A model generated the notes under the pieces. The model worked only from the letters and a program-made list of their open reading frames with translations. It had not been told where the DNA came from and ran no database searches. A stretch of 64,000 nt of DNA from Octopus vulgaris. Lineage: Eukaryota. Of this stretch, positions 23,480 through 37,112 are shown in pieces. The stretch is taken from contig CATOCA020000001.1 of assembly GCA_951406725.2 (NCBI GenBank), positions 4,836,001 to 4,900,000 of the forward strand, read 5' to 3'. A program made the position numbers and the translations under genes. Each line of letters begins with the position of its first letter. Positions within the stretch are counted from its first letter, which is position 1.

Positions 23480-26292
23480 GAGGGACAGCCATCTTTATCC
23501 ATGACTCCTTTTCACTTGATGCCAAGGACACATTTTCCAATGGCTACTGTGAATCGGTATCAGTATACAACAAAGACAAGGACATAACCATTGTTGGTCT
23601 TTACAGGCCTCCCCAGGCACCTCTAAAGTACTTTGAAGAGTGCCTTAGCAAAGTCAAGTCCTTCCTTCGGAAGTACCACTCCGGAAACATAATAGTGATG
23701 GGTGATTTTAACCTCCCTCATGTGAACTGGCCCACAAATACTCCGAAGTTAGGCAAGTGCTCTACATCAGATAGGGCAGCAGCAGAACTGCTCTTTAATC
23801 TGATGGATGAGTATTTCCTGACTCAGCTAGTGCTTGAACCAACGAGACAGAATAAAACGATCTTGGATCTGGTACTGACCAATCACTCTAGCTACGTTCA
23901 CAGCATTTCAGTCGAAAAAACTCTCCTCTCAGACCACGACATGGTACTCTGCAATCTTAATTCCCGACGTATAAAAACCAAACCAGCCAATCCCACTCCA
24001 TGGCACCCATTTGACAACATAAATTTCCACAAAGCGGACTGGGGAACAATCAGAAAGGATCTGTCTTCCATCGACTGGTCTTTTACTCTCAATTCCCCTC
24101 ATATTGAGACCGCGTGGCAGCACTTTGAAACCATTGTCACCGACACATGCTCTAAACACGCTCCCAAGAAATCTACTAACACAAACAGAAACCGGCTCCC
24201 TAAAAAGAAAAAAACACTCATCAGGCGCATCAAAAGACTCAACAAAAAAATCAACCAATTAAAATATTCCCACACGCAACATCCACATTCAACAACAATG
24301 AAAAGACTAGAGCTGGAAAAACTTCATCTGCAGACTAACATGAAAACCTCCATTGAAAATCAAAGAGCTGTGGAGGAACAATGGGTAATCAAAAACATCA
24401 AACAGAACCCAAAAGTGTTCTATTCTTATGCAAATAAGCATAGAACCACTGTCTCACCTATTGGGCCATTGATTGATGAAAACGGCATTCCCCAACACGA
24501 TGCTAAAGAAATGGCAGAAATACTGCAGAAACAATATTGCTCTGTCTTCAGTGTTCCCACTGATATTGATGTGAGGGAAACGAACGAAGCTGACTCCCAA
24601 CACAAAATCGCAGACATAACCTTCACTGCCACCGACATCGTAGCAGCAATAAATGAGGTCAAACATTACTCCGCTGTAGGCCCTGATAGATTTCCCGCCA
24701 GTCTCCTGAAGGAATGTAGATATCAACTTGCAGTCCCTCTGACCAACCTCTGGAGAAACTCATTAGACGCAGGTTATATACCGAATAAGTTTCTATCCCA
24801 GTCGGTCATCCCGGTTTTCAAACAGGGAAACAGATCCCTCGCAGTCAACTATCGCCCAATCTCACTCACCTCCCACATCATTAAAGTGTTTGAAAGAGTG
24901 TTAAGATCAAGGATAGCTGACTTCCTGGAGACCCACAAACTCCTAAATTCAAATCAACATGGCTTTCGCTGTGGCAGGGACTGTCTAACACAGCTCTTAC
25001 ACCACATTGAAGATGTACTCAAAGCCTTGGGAACAGGTTCGAACTCTGACGTCATATACCTTGACTTCAGTAAAGCGTTCGACAGGGTAGACCATAACAT
25101 CCTACTCTCAAAATTGGCAAATGTTGGAATCCGTGGAAAAGTTCTACACTGGATTCAGTATTTCCTAGCGAATAGAACACAACATGTTGTAGTTGATGGA
25201 GTCCACTCAAACCCAGCAAAAGTCACCAGCGGTGTTCCCCAGGGAACTGTTTTGGGTCCGCTACTCTTCATAATTTATGTAAACGACCTTTCCAGTGTCG
25301 TACATCACTGCAAAGTGAAAATATTCGCTGATGACACTAAGCTCCAGCAAATCGTCAATGAAGAAGCAGACCGAACTCAACTCCAGTCTGACCTATATGC
25401 TGTGAGTCAATGGGCAGACAGAAACAAAATGCAACTGAATGAGGGAAAATTTGAGCTGATGCATTTTGGAAGAAATTCCTCACTAAAACAACCATACTCT
25501 CTTCCTTCAGGGGAACCGCTCACAGCCTCTAACAATATCAGAGACCTGGGTGTAATTGTTGATGACGATCTCAGTTGGAGTGCACACATCAACAAGAAGG
25601 TCGATACAGCTCGTAGGATGAGTTCCTGGATCTTAAGAACTTTCCGGTCCAGAGAACAAGGTGTCATCATACCACTTTTTTCATCCTTTGTACGGCCACA
25701 CCTTGAATACTGCTGCCCACTGTGGTCTCCTCACACAAGACAAAACATCTCCAGAATTGAGTCACCCCAGAGGGCTCTCACTAAACAAATTGAAGGCATG
25801 GCTGCTCTCGACTATTGGGATCGCCTTAAAGCCTTGAAACTTTACTCCCTCCAGCGTCGCCGTGAGCGGTACATCATTTGTACGATGTGGAAAATATACC
25901 GCCAACTTTGCCCAAACGACCTAAACATTAGCTTCAAGGTTCATCCGAGACTTGGACCACGGGCTATACGTCCCCTGCCAAATTCAAGATCACAACATAC
26001 ATGTACACTGCAACATAATTTCTTTTCCTCAACAGGCCCTGCCCTATTTAACATTGTCCCGAGGGAGATCAAAGAGGAAAAGGATCCCATCAACTTCAAA
26101 CAGAGTCTGGATGGATTCCTTCAAAGAATACCAGACAAGCCACCCATAATTGGATACAACTCACCCAACAAGAACTCACTACTTGAACAAAACTTGACTT
26201 AAACAGGATTCGAATAATCCTATCAGGTGGTGCTATTAAGTTAGACATGGCCTGGACCAATCTCTGGTCGAAACATATCTAAGTTTTATCTA

Positions 26293-26297
<5 letters not shown>
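23476..26297 (+). mobile_element. CR1-type LINE, 5'-truncated within the endonuclease, ORF2 open to the stop, intact 3' end
   Basis: Frame is open from KGGTAIFI (23476) through YRPP, GDFN, DLVL, SDH and RT (GVPQG, FADD) to the stop at 26202. The 3' UTR has hairpin gacca/tggtc (26255-26269) and (tatctaagttt)2. Flanked by (TA)n on both sides. Confidence 0.96.
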
Positions 26298-26346
<49 letters not shown>

Positions 26347-26454
26347 TACTTATGTATATAAACTTATATATATATGTTACGTATGTATGCAAATGTGGGC
26401 TGATTTGCATATATATATATATACATATATGTATATATATACATATATATATAC

Positions 26455-26485
<31 letters not shown>

Positions 26486-26551
26486 TATATACACGCACGC
26501 ACACACACATATATATATATGAGTACATGGAACTGTGTATGTGTACAAACA

Positions 26552-26591
<40 letters not shown>

Positions 26592-26920
26592 TGTATATAT
26601 ATACATATATATATACATATATATATATGTATATATACATATATATATACACGCACGCACACACACATATATATATATATATAAGTACATGGAACTGTGT
26701 ATGTGTACAAACATGCATTTATATATGTTTTTATACATGTAGATGCAGATGTATTAATGTGAGTCTGTATGTTCGTATATATATATATTTATTTATAGTA
26801 TTTTTAAGTGTATATGTGATTATGAATGTATATTTTTATCTACGTATGTGGGTTTTATGTGCATCTATGACGTGTGTCTCATTTATAAATACAGCAATTA
26901 TTTTCTATATCAATCCATAG

Positions 26921-27003
26921 GCTGGACCAAATCCTTCGCATTTCGTTTGATTTTAAAATCTTTCAACGAATATAAAAAACCTGCTGAGAACATATCAAGA
27001 GCC
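26921..27003 (+). CDS. Exon of HRM-domain gene (phase 1-0)
   Basis: ccatag acceptor and gtgagt donor. GWTKSFAFRLILKSFNEYKKPAENISRA. Phase fits both neighbours. Confidence 0.65.
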
Positions 27004-28110
27004 GTGAGTAGATATCTGCCCTCTCTCTCTCTTTCTCTGCACACTCACACATACACACACGCTTGCACACACACACAAGCACTGACCACACGCACACATG
27101 CATACACACATTAACGATCACATACACACACACATGCATATTTTATAGAAGAAATGCAAAACGTCAAATATATTGTGAGCCCAATACGTTTAGTAGATGG
27201 TGATATCGATTTTGTTAAATGATAACAGGTATTTTAAAGTTTAGCCTGATCAGCTTAAACACATAAATACATACATATATAAATAAATGTTAACTTCAAA
27301 TATACAGATAAACATTATATGCGTATTTATTTATTATTTGATTCCCTACATATTCTGCGGCGAGCTGGAAAAGTCTTTTGTACGTCGAGCAAAATAATAA
27401 GCAGTAATTCGCCCCTCTTTATATTTTGAGTTCAAATTCTACTGCAGCCGACTTTGCCTTTCATCCTTTAATCGTTTTTACTACACCTCTGTATGAGTAT
27501 TTACTCCACTGCCAAGCATTGTTGAGCTAGTGTGATTTGTTAGGTTCATCGACCTAGTATACTCTCGAGGTCAAAACACGGCCTCCACATCAGACAGGGT
27601 TGGTATAGAGAGTATGCTGAGACCTTCATTCTGCTGTGGACTGAACATCGGCAATCAAATGCAATCCATATATTCATAATTTGTATGCATGTAAGTATAT
27701 ATAGACTGTTATACAGACATGTAAATATACTGAGACATGAACATGCTGTAGACCGTAGTAAAAGAATGCGAATTAATTGTATTTGGGTTTCATGAAATTC
27801 AGACAATCAACTCGATTTACTGATAGTAAATTATTACATAAACTTCTTTCTAACTTACTGACTTTTTGCTGGTCAATAAAAAGACTGTTCGATCCACTAT
27901 TTTGCCTTTAAAAGAAGTTCACACAATGAACATCAGTTATAAATTCCGTGATATAATTTCCGACTCTGACAGTAAATTATTCAAATTATTCACTAATCCT
28001 GTCTTTACACACACATACGCGCGAACATGCACACACACACACATATGTACATATGTAACCACACAGGTACTTTTGGTAATATTCTCCTTCTCTCAACTTT
28101 TCTGTTTTCC

Positions 28111-28143
28111 TTTCCGACAAAGAGCTATGCTCGGAACGTTAAA
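28111..28143 (+). ncRNA. Degenerate minimal hammerhead (same repeat family as 41066)
   Basis: UUU-CCGACAA-A-GAGC-UAU-GCUC-GGAA-CG-UU-AAA. Confidence 0.45.
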
Positions 28144-28250
28144 AGCCCTCTCTTTTCTTCAACTTTACCGAGCGTCCAGCTAATATATTCCATGCGCATG
28201 TCCTCTTGTTTTTTGTTATTTTTATTTTTAATGTTCTACTCTTCAAATTT

Positions 28251-28704
<454 letters not shown>

Positions 28705-28794
28705 TCTTTCAATACATCTCAACGCTTTTAAATCAAACTTTGTTTCTTGAATTTAATGTATGCATATATATATATACACATCCGGCTTTTGCAG

Positions 28795-28847
28795 ATGGAG
28801 CATGAGTTTTTAACCGTGACTGGAAAATTCAGAGTTGAATATCCTGG
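28795..28847 (+). CDS. Exon of HRM-domain gene (phase 0-2)
   Basis: ttttgcag acceptor and gtaagc donor. MEHEFLTVTGKFRVEYP(G). Confidence 0.7.
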
Positions 28848-29060
28848 GTAAGCAAAAGCTTCTAACACATTTATTCAAATTTATTTGGTTTTGTTCCAAA
28901 CATTCGATTTTATCGCATGTATTAGACGTCACAATAATCAACAGTGTTGTACTTGTGACCCACAATATACTAATTCGTACCTTCGACGAAATGCTTAAGT
29001 GTTTTATCAATGTTTTATTATACAAAGGACAAACAAACCCATATAAAGATAAAGAGAGAA

Positions 29061-29109
<49 letters not shown>

Positions 29110-29250
29110 TGCATATATACATATACATACATACCTATATATATATATATATACCGGAGTAAACACATAAATGTGAAACAAGGTGGAATAAAGAGTACTC
29201 AAATACCAGTGGTAGAGTAATATGCTTTATTTAAAGCACCAGAAAATTCC

Positions 29251-29302
29251 ACAAAACCTGTTACTCTGAGTTTCGCGTTGCCGTTCGTCGGACAGGTTTT
29301 GC
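29251..29302 (-). ncRNA. Type I hammerhead motif, U4C core variant
   Basis: GCAAAACCUGU-CCGACGA-ACG-GCAA-CGC-GAAA-CUCAGAG-UA-ACAGGUUUUGU. 11-bp stem I. Confidence 0.7.
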
Positions 29303-29362
29303 TAGAATAAAACCGATATGTCAATTCTATCCAGATAGAATTGACATATCGGTTTTATTCTA

Positions 29363-29414
29363 GCAAAAACTGTCCGACGAACGGTAACGCGAAACTCAGA
29401 GTAACAGGTTTTGT
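29363..29414 (+). ncRNA. Type I hammerhead motif, U4C core variant (mirror copy)
   Basis: CUGU-CCGACGA-ACG-GUAA-CGC-GAAA-CUCAGAG-UA-ACAG. Confidence 0.65.
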
Positions 29415-29439
29415 GGATTTTTCTGCTGCTTTAAATAAA

Positions 29440-29496
<57 letters not shown>

Positions 29497-29723
29497 CACA
29501 CACAGAAGGATAAGATCAATATTTAAATATCGATTTTATCAGGTGGCCAGCATGGGAATAAAAACCATCAAAGGTAATAAAAACCATCAAAGGTAATAAT
29601 TATTTAAATTTATAATATAGGGTAATAGCAGTCAAATCTTGACTCTAAAGCCACATTAAATGTTCATATAGCACCAGGAGAGAAGATGAAGAGACAAAAT
29701 AAACTAGCAAAAATTACTGGATA

Positions 29724-29782
29724 ATTCCAGATCCCGGATTTCTGACTCTGCATAAGAAATGCTCTGCCTTCATCAGTGGAAT
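29724..29782 (-). ncRNA. Type I hammerhead motif, canonical core
   Basis: AUUCCA-CUGAUGA-AGGC-AGA-GCAU-UUCUU-AUGC-AGA-GUCA-GAAA-UCCGGGA-UC-UGGAAU. Confidence 0.8.
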
Positions 29783-29976
29783 ATACTCAGAAAAGCAAAT
29801 AAATACAAATATATACATATATACTACATACGATATACTTACATATACGAACGTATTTATAAAATATATATATATATATATAAATTTATATATGAGGATA
29901 ATATCGATATTTAAGTATCAATATTATCAAGTGGCCAGCATGGGAAAAATACCGTACAAAGGTAATAATTTTTAAC

Positions 29977-30280
29977 AATTAAAAATGAGGGTGTCTAAGA
30001 GACACCAACATGCCGAAATAGCAGTCGAAATTCTGACTATAAAAACCACGTTAAGTGTTCATATCGTACCATGAGATAAGACAGAGGGACAAAATATACG
30101 AGCAAAAATTATTGAATAATTCAAGATCCATCTTGAATTATTCAATAATTTTTGCTTGTATATTTTGTCTATCTGTCTTATCTCATGGTGCGACACGAAC
30201 CCTTAACGTGGTTTTTATAGTCAGAGTTTCGACTGCTATTTCGGCATGTTGGTGTCTCTTAGACACCCTCATTTTTAATT
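29977..30280. repeat. Palindrome with about 151-bp arms, derived from the same element as 29505-29782
   Basis: Centre caagat-cc-atcttg at 30128-30129. Left arm is homologous to 29620-29735. Confidence 0.93.
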
Positions 30281-30293
30281 ATATATATATAAA

Positions 30294-30374
<81 letters not shown>

Positions 30375-31033
30375 TGTATGTATGTATGTATGTATGTATG
30401 TATGTATGTATGTATGGCTGAGTGTGTATATATAAATTATGGTGGCTATCAGCATTTTAAGACCAACATAGAAATAATTCACAGTCACTAAAGGTGACAA
30501 GAGTGCAGTGAGCACCAGCATTGTTAGAAATATTAGTCATAGACTATTTCGTTTTGGGATTTGGTTTGCAAGATTCTTTATATGAGTTCGTGTGTTGAAG
30601 CATATTCTGTTGTCTCTGGGGAGAGCCATTTTCTTTTTGTGCCTTATAATTCATCACACTCACCGTATTTCAACGTATTTCTTATTTTTATTTTCCTAAA
30701 ACTTTTCGTTGAGTCTTGCAACCTTTTACCGGTGGTTGTGCTAAATTATAGTCATAGACACTTTAGCCATAAAAAACACATGGTGCATTGACAGGGGGGA
30801 CAACATTCCCCACGGTAAGCCAGATGGATTAGATTAGCATGGTAATTTCTTATAGGAAGTTAATACTCATCAGCAATGCTCACTCCATTACGGCTGGTGG
30901 AGGCTAACTCCCGCCTGTCAATATCATTGAGAATGACATAAAAATGAGTGATTGGTTTCACAAAATGGCAATGTGAAGATTATAAAATAATTAAGGTGGC
31001 TAACACGCAATTTAAAACCAACCAGGTAATTAC

Positions 31034-31074
<41 letters not shown>

Positions 31075-31324
31075 ACGTTTATAAAAATTTATACACGGAG
31101 GGAAGACCACCATGTGGATTTCTTACATGCTAAAGAGGGCAAGCCACGGTACTGGACGAATATGTTCTTAACACCAACTTTTAGTCACCCGCTTGTAGTT
31201 TTAGCCTTCTTCACTAATTCTGTTGTCAACCATACTGAATGCGGTTATTTTACCTATGATGATCCAATCCTAAGCTATATTTGAATATAAAAATAATTGA
31301 AACAAAACAATTAATCTCTTTAAG

Positions 31325-31407
31325 TGTTCAAAGTCAACTGCGGCGCAATATCTCCCAAGTTTTGAACAAATTCCAGGCATTGCTCAACATGAATTTGCTT
31401 GATGAAA
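31325..31407 (+). CDS. Exon of HRM-domain gene (phase 2-1)
   Basis: tctctttaag acceptor and gtaagt donor. VQSQLRRNISQVLNKFQALLNMNLLDE is open in the required frame. Confidence 0.7.
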
Positions 31408-32286
31408 GTAAGTATCGTGTTTCTTCATTTTTTTAACACCATTACCGTCATAATTAGCTTCATCAATCACCATTACCATCCTCTTCGTCGTTGTCGTCAT
31501 CATCAACCACAACGGATGATATCTTAGGACACCCACGCGTGCATGCAAGCGCACAGGCTCTCCCCCTCTCTCTCATACATACAACTATTTATTTACATTT
31601 TCTCAAAGCTTGGATAATTTCAATAAATCAGCATTTTATTTTGCCCTTTTCCGTTTCTTGTCCCTACGGAACTGATTGTCCAACCGAGGGCAAAAATGTT
31701 TTCTTCTAATTTTGTATAGAAGTAGATGCAGACTCTACTGGGCAGAAAAATTCACACAATTCCTGTACTTTCTTTAATTCACTCAGGAAAATTATTCAAT
31801 GTTGCAAATAATTTTCCTCAGCGAAAATTCATTTTGTTCGACGTGATCATATTAATTTTTGAATTAGGATCGATAGATACACACACAGCTCAAACGCTTT
31901 AACTCATCTCTAAGAGATATAAAAGAGGAATAAATCATATCCCATTGCCGAACAATGATATAATTTTTTTCACTTCGTTTCCATTCATTTCATTTTACCA
32001 CCGCCAAATCAATATAAAGTCTATCTATTTCCGGCATAAAAGAGGTTTATGCGCATCCGGTCAGTATGTCTAAGTAGTGGTCAATATTGAGGAAATGCAA
32101 CAATAGAGGCCGCGAAACAGACATTAGCATTTTTACGAGTCAAATCTCGTAACAAATTATATATTGCTCGGGAAAATGTAAAAATATATATACATATACA
32201 CATACATATTTCGGGATGGTCATTTTATTTATTATTTTAAAAAAATATAAATGAATAAATATATGTGTGCATATATATATTGTGTG

Positions 32287-32462
32287 CCCAGGTAGAGTAC
32301 ACGGGGATCTCTACGTTCAACAGTGTTCGGGCAAACAGATCACATTGGCATAATTTGAAGAATGCTGTCAAAGTAGTTTCTCATGGATTCAGATCTACGT
32401 TTCGAGCATTGTCTTCTGTGAAATATACACGCTGGCCATTTTCAAGATGTGCAGATAGATTT
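32287..32462 (-). mobile_element. Helitron Rep/helicase remnant
   Basis: Translates as HLENGQRVYFTEDNARNVDLNP*ETTLTAFFKLCQCDLFARTLLNVEIPVYSTW, a typical Helitron motif. Confidence 0.8.
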
Positions 32463-32810
32463 TAGGAAAGTGTTCCTACATGTAAACAGGATGTGACATT
32501 TGTGTTGACAGTGTATTTGTCTAAAAGCAGAACCGTCCTTCCATCAGCGCTTGTCAATTGGCTGAAGTAACATGAAAGGCATCGTCATTCATGGTATATT
32601 CGTGAATAAGTCACAAACTGAAATACGTTGATCTATTGTTTAGGAAAATATTATTTACTTGTTTAAGGGTTGTACTGGATACATAGCGAAAACAGCTCTA
32701 ACAGTTCAAATAGTAAGAAATAAACATATATATATATATACAAATTCATACTATCCGGTAATTAATGTGCTTAAACTTTTATATTTTATGTTTTTTCATT
32801 ATGTTTCCAG

Positions 32811-32863
32811 GTTCAAGTACTGGTAATGGAACAGAGGATAGAACAGCAGAAACAAACTTTTGA
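32811..32863 (+). CDS. Terminal coding exon of HRM-domain gene
   Basis: Long pyrimidine tract plus ttccag, phase 1. SSSTGNGTEDRTAETNF*. AATAAA near 32948 and 33242. Confidence 0.65.
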
Positions 32864-33484
32864 GTGAAAATCGAAAAAGAGCCTCCAAGAATCGTCTTTG
32901 ATGATATTTTATGCTATAAAACGATATTTTCTGCATATATAATACAAAATAAAATTTTCTCCATATATAATATGAAATAATATTTTCTTAATATATGATA
33001 TAAAATAATATTTTCTCCATATATAATATAAAATATTCTTTCCTTGTAACGACACTATAATTGTACCTTTCAATACAACACTATGCATGCATGAGACTGT
33101 ATAATCCACCACGATGTAATTTAAACAAGTTTCAGAGCCTCACTATGGCTTGAAACAGAAAATATTGCATGATTTGAAATTATATTGATATTCTATCTTC
33201 TTGCCAATTTAATGTTATCAATGTAAGCTTTAGAATTGTTAAATAAAGGATTAAATCTGATCTGTTGCTACCGTTCGTTTTCTAGATGAAATACTGTAAT
33301 ACCGCAGACTAAGATCAAATACCACCGGAAGAGGCATTGATTCCATTTGTTATTTTAAACATTCCACTAAAATGTTAAAACTTGCAAAATGTATCATGTT
33401 GATTAGATTTACGATCATTTATCTAATTAGTATTATCAGGTCATTCAACTGTCATTGTTCAAGTAATCAACATTTCACAAACAG

Positions 33485-34133
33485 CTGGAATGGAAGCACT
33501 CCGTCGGTTACGACGACGAGGGTTCCGGTTGATCCGAATCAACGGAACAGCTTGCTCGTGAAATTAACGTGTAAGTGGCTGAGCACTCCACAGACACGTG
33601 TACCCTTAACGTAGTTCTCGGGGATATTCAGCGTGACACAGAGAGTGACAAGGCCGGCCCTTTGAAATACAGGTACAACAGAAACAGGAAGTAAGAGTGA
33701 GAGAAAGTTGTGGTGAAAGAGTACAGCAGGGATCACCACCACCCCTTGCAGGAGCACTCTGTCGGTTACGACGACGAGGGTTCCGGTTGATCCGAATCAA
33801 TGGAACAGCCTGCTCGTAAAATTAACGTGTAAGTGGCTGAGCACTCCACAGACACGTGTACCCTTAACGTAGTTCTCGGGGATATTCAGCGTGACACAGA
33901 GAGTGACAAGGCCGGCCCTTTGAAATACAGGTACAACAGAAACAGGAAGTAAGAGTGAGAGAAAGTTGTGGTGAAAGAGTACAGCAGGGATCACCACCAT
34001 CCCCTGCCGGAGCCTCGTGGAGCTTTAAGGTGTTTTAGCTCAATAAACACTCTCAACGCCCGGTCTGGGAATCGAAACCGCGATCCTATGACCGCGAGTC
34101 CGCTGCCCTAACCACTGGGCCATTGCGCCTCCA
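33485..34133 (-). mobile_element. tRNA(Arg-like)-headed SINE (family C) with a 258-bp tandem duplication of its 3' part
   Basis: Head ggcgcaatggcccagtggttagggcagcggactcg...ggtttcgattccc. 33495-33750 is repeated at 33753-34008. Confidence 0.85.
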
Positions 34134-34559
34134 CTCACAAACAGCTACATTCCAATCAAAGCACCGGACGTAGATTCGTCTTCTACACGTTCATGTCTAC
34201 TTTCACTCCATCAATGTTACACTAACACGGGACTGCGCATGCCTCAATGTCTTCATTGAAGTAGTTTCTTAGTTATATTCTCTACATGATATTCGGGCCC
34301 ATTAGGCCGCAGTCTCTCTCGGGATCCAACATATTCCAACACCCGGGGATAGAAGACACCCCACTAAAAGAGATGCCAGTCTGTTGCAAGTTTAACCCTT
34401 GGTTGTTGCTGGTATTTCTTCTCAGATGACTGCACTGGAAGTGTTTAAGGACACTTTAAGAAACATGTGGAGAAATATAGTCCAATAGGGGATGCTAGAA
34501 ATAACAGCCAAGTATGTTAAAGTTTGGTTTTGTGTTTCATATGAAAATGAAGGACACTT

Positions 34560-36290
34560 CGAAACTCTTCTCTCTCCTTCCCCATTCTGTATTAATACCT
34601 CATCCTTCCCCTCTTCCTTTCTCTAATACATGATAGACTCCCTCTCTTATCACACACATCATTCCCTCTTCTTCTCTCCTCCCCCCCTCTTTCACTTATT
34701 TATGTTATTGTTTAACCTCGCCTCCCTCATCCCTCGTTTTCTCTCAACTCTTACTCTCCCTCCCTCACAAAGCATATATCTCATACATCATCTCTGTTTC
34801 CTTCCCCCTCCCTTACTTTTTGTCTCTCTCTCCCTCCCTCTTTACCGCCTCATATCTCATACTCTCCCTCTACCTCTTTTGCGCCCCACCTCACACTCTC
34901 CCTCTCTTTCTAAACCTATGTATCATTCTCTCTCTCCCTCCACCTCCTTATATAATATTCTCTCATTCTCTTACCTCATTCTTTCCCTCCCTTTCTCCTC
35001 CCTTTCCCTCTCCCTCTCTTTCTCTATGTCTGTCTTTCTCTCTCTTTGCTCTCTTCATTTCTCTATTTCAGTCTCTCTCTTTCTCCCTCTCGCTTCTTAT
35101 GTCTCTCTCTGTCTCCGTGTCTCTGTTTGTCTGTCTCTCTCTTTCTCCCTCTCTCTCCCTCTCCCTCTCTCTATTACCTTATTATATATTAATGCTCCGC
35201 CTTTTTACTCTTTCTCTCTCATCTCATACTACTCCTCTCTTCTTAACATTTATTTCTCTAATCCCTCCTCCTTCCTCCCCCTCTCTCCCTCCTTCTCCCT
35301 CTTTCTTCTCATCATTTTTTCAGAATTACGTCGCCTTCCTCTCTATCTCTCTCTCATTCTTTCTTTCTTTCCTTTCTGTCTTTCTTTCGTCCTTCATTTC
35401 TCACATTCTTTCTTTCCTTCTTTTTTCTCTCTCTCTTTCTTTCTTTTTGTTTCCGTTTACTTATATCCTTTTTTCTTTCTTTCTTTCTTTCTTTCCTTTT
35501 CCTTTCTTTCTTGCTTTCTTTCATCCTTTCAGTCTTTCTTTTCTTCTTTCTTTCTTTCTTTTCTTCTTTCTTACATTCTTTCTTTTTTCTTTCTTCATTA
35601 CTTTCTTTCTTCCTTTCTTTCTTTCTTCCTGTCTTTCTTTCTTCATTTCTCTCATTCTTTCTTTCTTTCCTTCTTTCATTTTCATTATTTCTTTATTTTT
35701 GTTTCAGTTTTTCATTTCCTTCTTTTTTCCTTCTTTCCTTTTTCTTCCTTTCTTTTTTCTTTATTTCCCTTCATTCTTTCTATCTTTCCCTTTTTTTCCT
35801 TCTGTCCTTCTTTCTTTTTTTTCTCCCTTTCTTTCTTACTTACTCCCTTTCTTTCTTTCGTTCTTTCGTCCTTTCTTTCTTTCTTTCCTTTTTACTTTCT
35901 TTCTTTCTTTCTTTCCTTTTTACTTTCTTTCTTTCTTTCCTTTTTACTTTCTTTCTTTCTTTCTTTCTGCCTTTCTTTCCTTCTTTCTTTCATTACTGCC
36001 TTTCTTTCCTTCCTTCTTTCCTTCATTATTTCCTTCATTCCTTCTTTCCTTCCTTCCTTCCTTCCTTCCTTCCTTCCTTCCTTCCTTTCTTTCTTTCTTT
36101 CTTTCTTCCGTTCTCATTTCATGCATTATTACAGAATCACGTTACTTTATTCCTTCCTTTCTCTTTTCTTTCATTCCTTCTTTTTTTCTTTTTTCTTCCT
36201 TTCTCTCTCTCTCTCTCACTCTCTTTCATTCTTTCCTTCTTTTTACTCTCTCTCTCTCTCTCACTCTCTTTCTTTCCCTTAATCTCATTG
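34560..36290. repeat. 1.7-kb polypyrimidine low-complexity tract
   Basis: (CT)n, (CTTT)n and (CCTT)n. Source of the spurious 550, 500 and 317 aa ORFs. Confidence 0.95.
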
Positions 36291-37112
36291 TTTCCCTCCC
36301 AAAACCATTTCGACCTTTATAAAAGAATCTCACATCTCTATTGTCTCGCATCATTCGTGAAACAGCAACCAAACACCTTGAAATTCCTAAAGTTTTTGTT
36401 TTATAAAAGCAGGACACTTGACGAAGTGTCTATCAAACATATTGTCCTACAGGTGGTCGGGTAATATGCTAGAAATAACAGTTCAATACACTATATTCTG
36501 CATTGTTTTTCATGAAAGATTGAAAGAGATTTTAAGAAGCATCCGGAGGAATAATATACAATTGGTGGGCCTAGGTGATGCTAGAAATAACAGCCAAGTA
36601 TATCAAAGATTTGTGTTGTCACTCATATAAAAATTAAGGGTACTTAGAAAATCCTCTCTCTCCCACCTCAGCATATATTAATATATCACCCCAAATCTAA
36701 GCCGAATACCCCTAACCTCTAAGCCACTTCACTCCAGCGACCATGCAAACTGTGTGATGATTGCAGGCAGAGTGAAAGGAAAAGTAAAGAATTGGAAATG
36801 TGAAGAAGCGAAATAAAAAACGAATCAGTGACGTGGAGTCGCAATCTGTACTAATTCCATTGATCAATGTTCGATATTTATCGATAATGTGTTATAAACA
36901 CTATTTTATATTATTCTCACTCTTTTTAATAATAGGCATCATTCGCCGTCGCTCCGTCCCTTTCTCTCCCTCCACACACCGCACGATGCTCTCTGAAGCG
37001 GCGTTCCATCAAGATGTCCTCACATCCGTTTCTCTCATCAATAGGCGAACCGTTGTTCCGTCCGTCTCTTTGCCATTGTCGGCCGACACGTGTGTGTGTG
37101 TGTGTCCATATA

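Larger units (their letters stand above)
29225..29440. repeat. Near-perfect 107-bp-arm palindrome with a hammerhead motif in each arm
   Basis: 2-nt spacer at 29332-29333. Motifs at 29251-29302 (-) and 29363-29414 (+). Confidence 0.95.

Noticed and set aside
26241-26284. Hammerhead at the CR1 3' end (gacca/tggtc-GAAAC)
   Set aside because: No CUGANGA-like core. Better explained as the usual LINE 3' stem-loop.
26279-26920. YI/HT-repeat ORFs here and at 7850, 11249, 30055, 38864, 42328 and 44619
   Set aside because: Translations of (TA)n and (CA)n microsatellites.
32385-32420. CAGAAGA...GAAACGTA on the - strand
   Set aside because: No stem II, and it lies within Helitron coding sequence.
34060-34133. 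SINE heads as functional tRNA genes (also 38658, 7930)
   Set aside because: Incomplete cloverleaf and continuous with SINE bodies.
34630-36464. 550, 500 and 317 aa Phe/Ser/Leu-rich ORFs
   Set aside because: Stop-free only because the DNA is polypyrimidine. All three frames are open and there is no domain.
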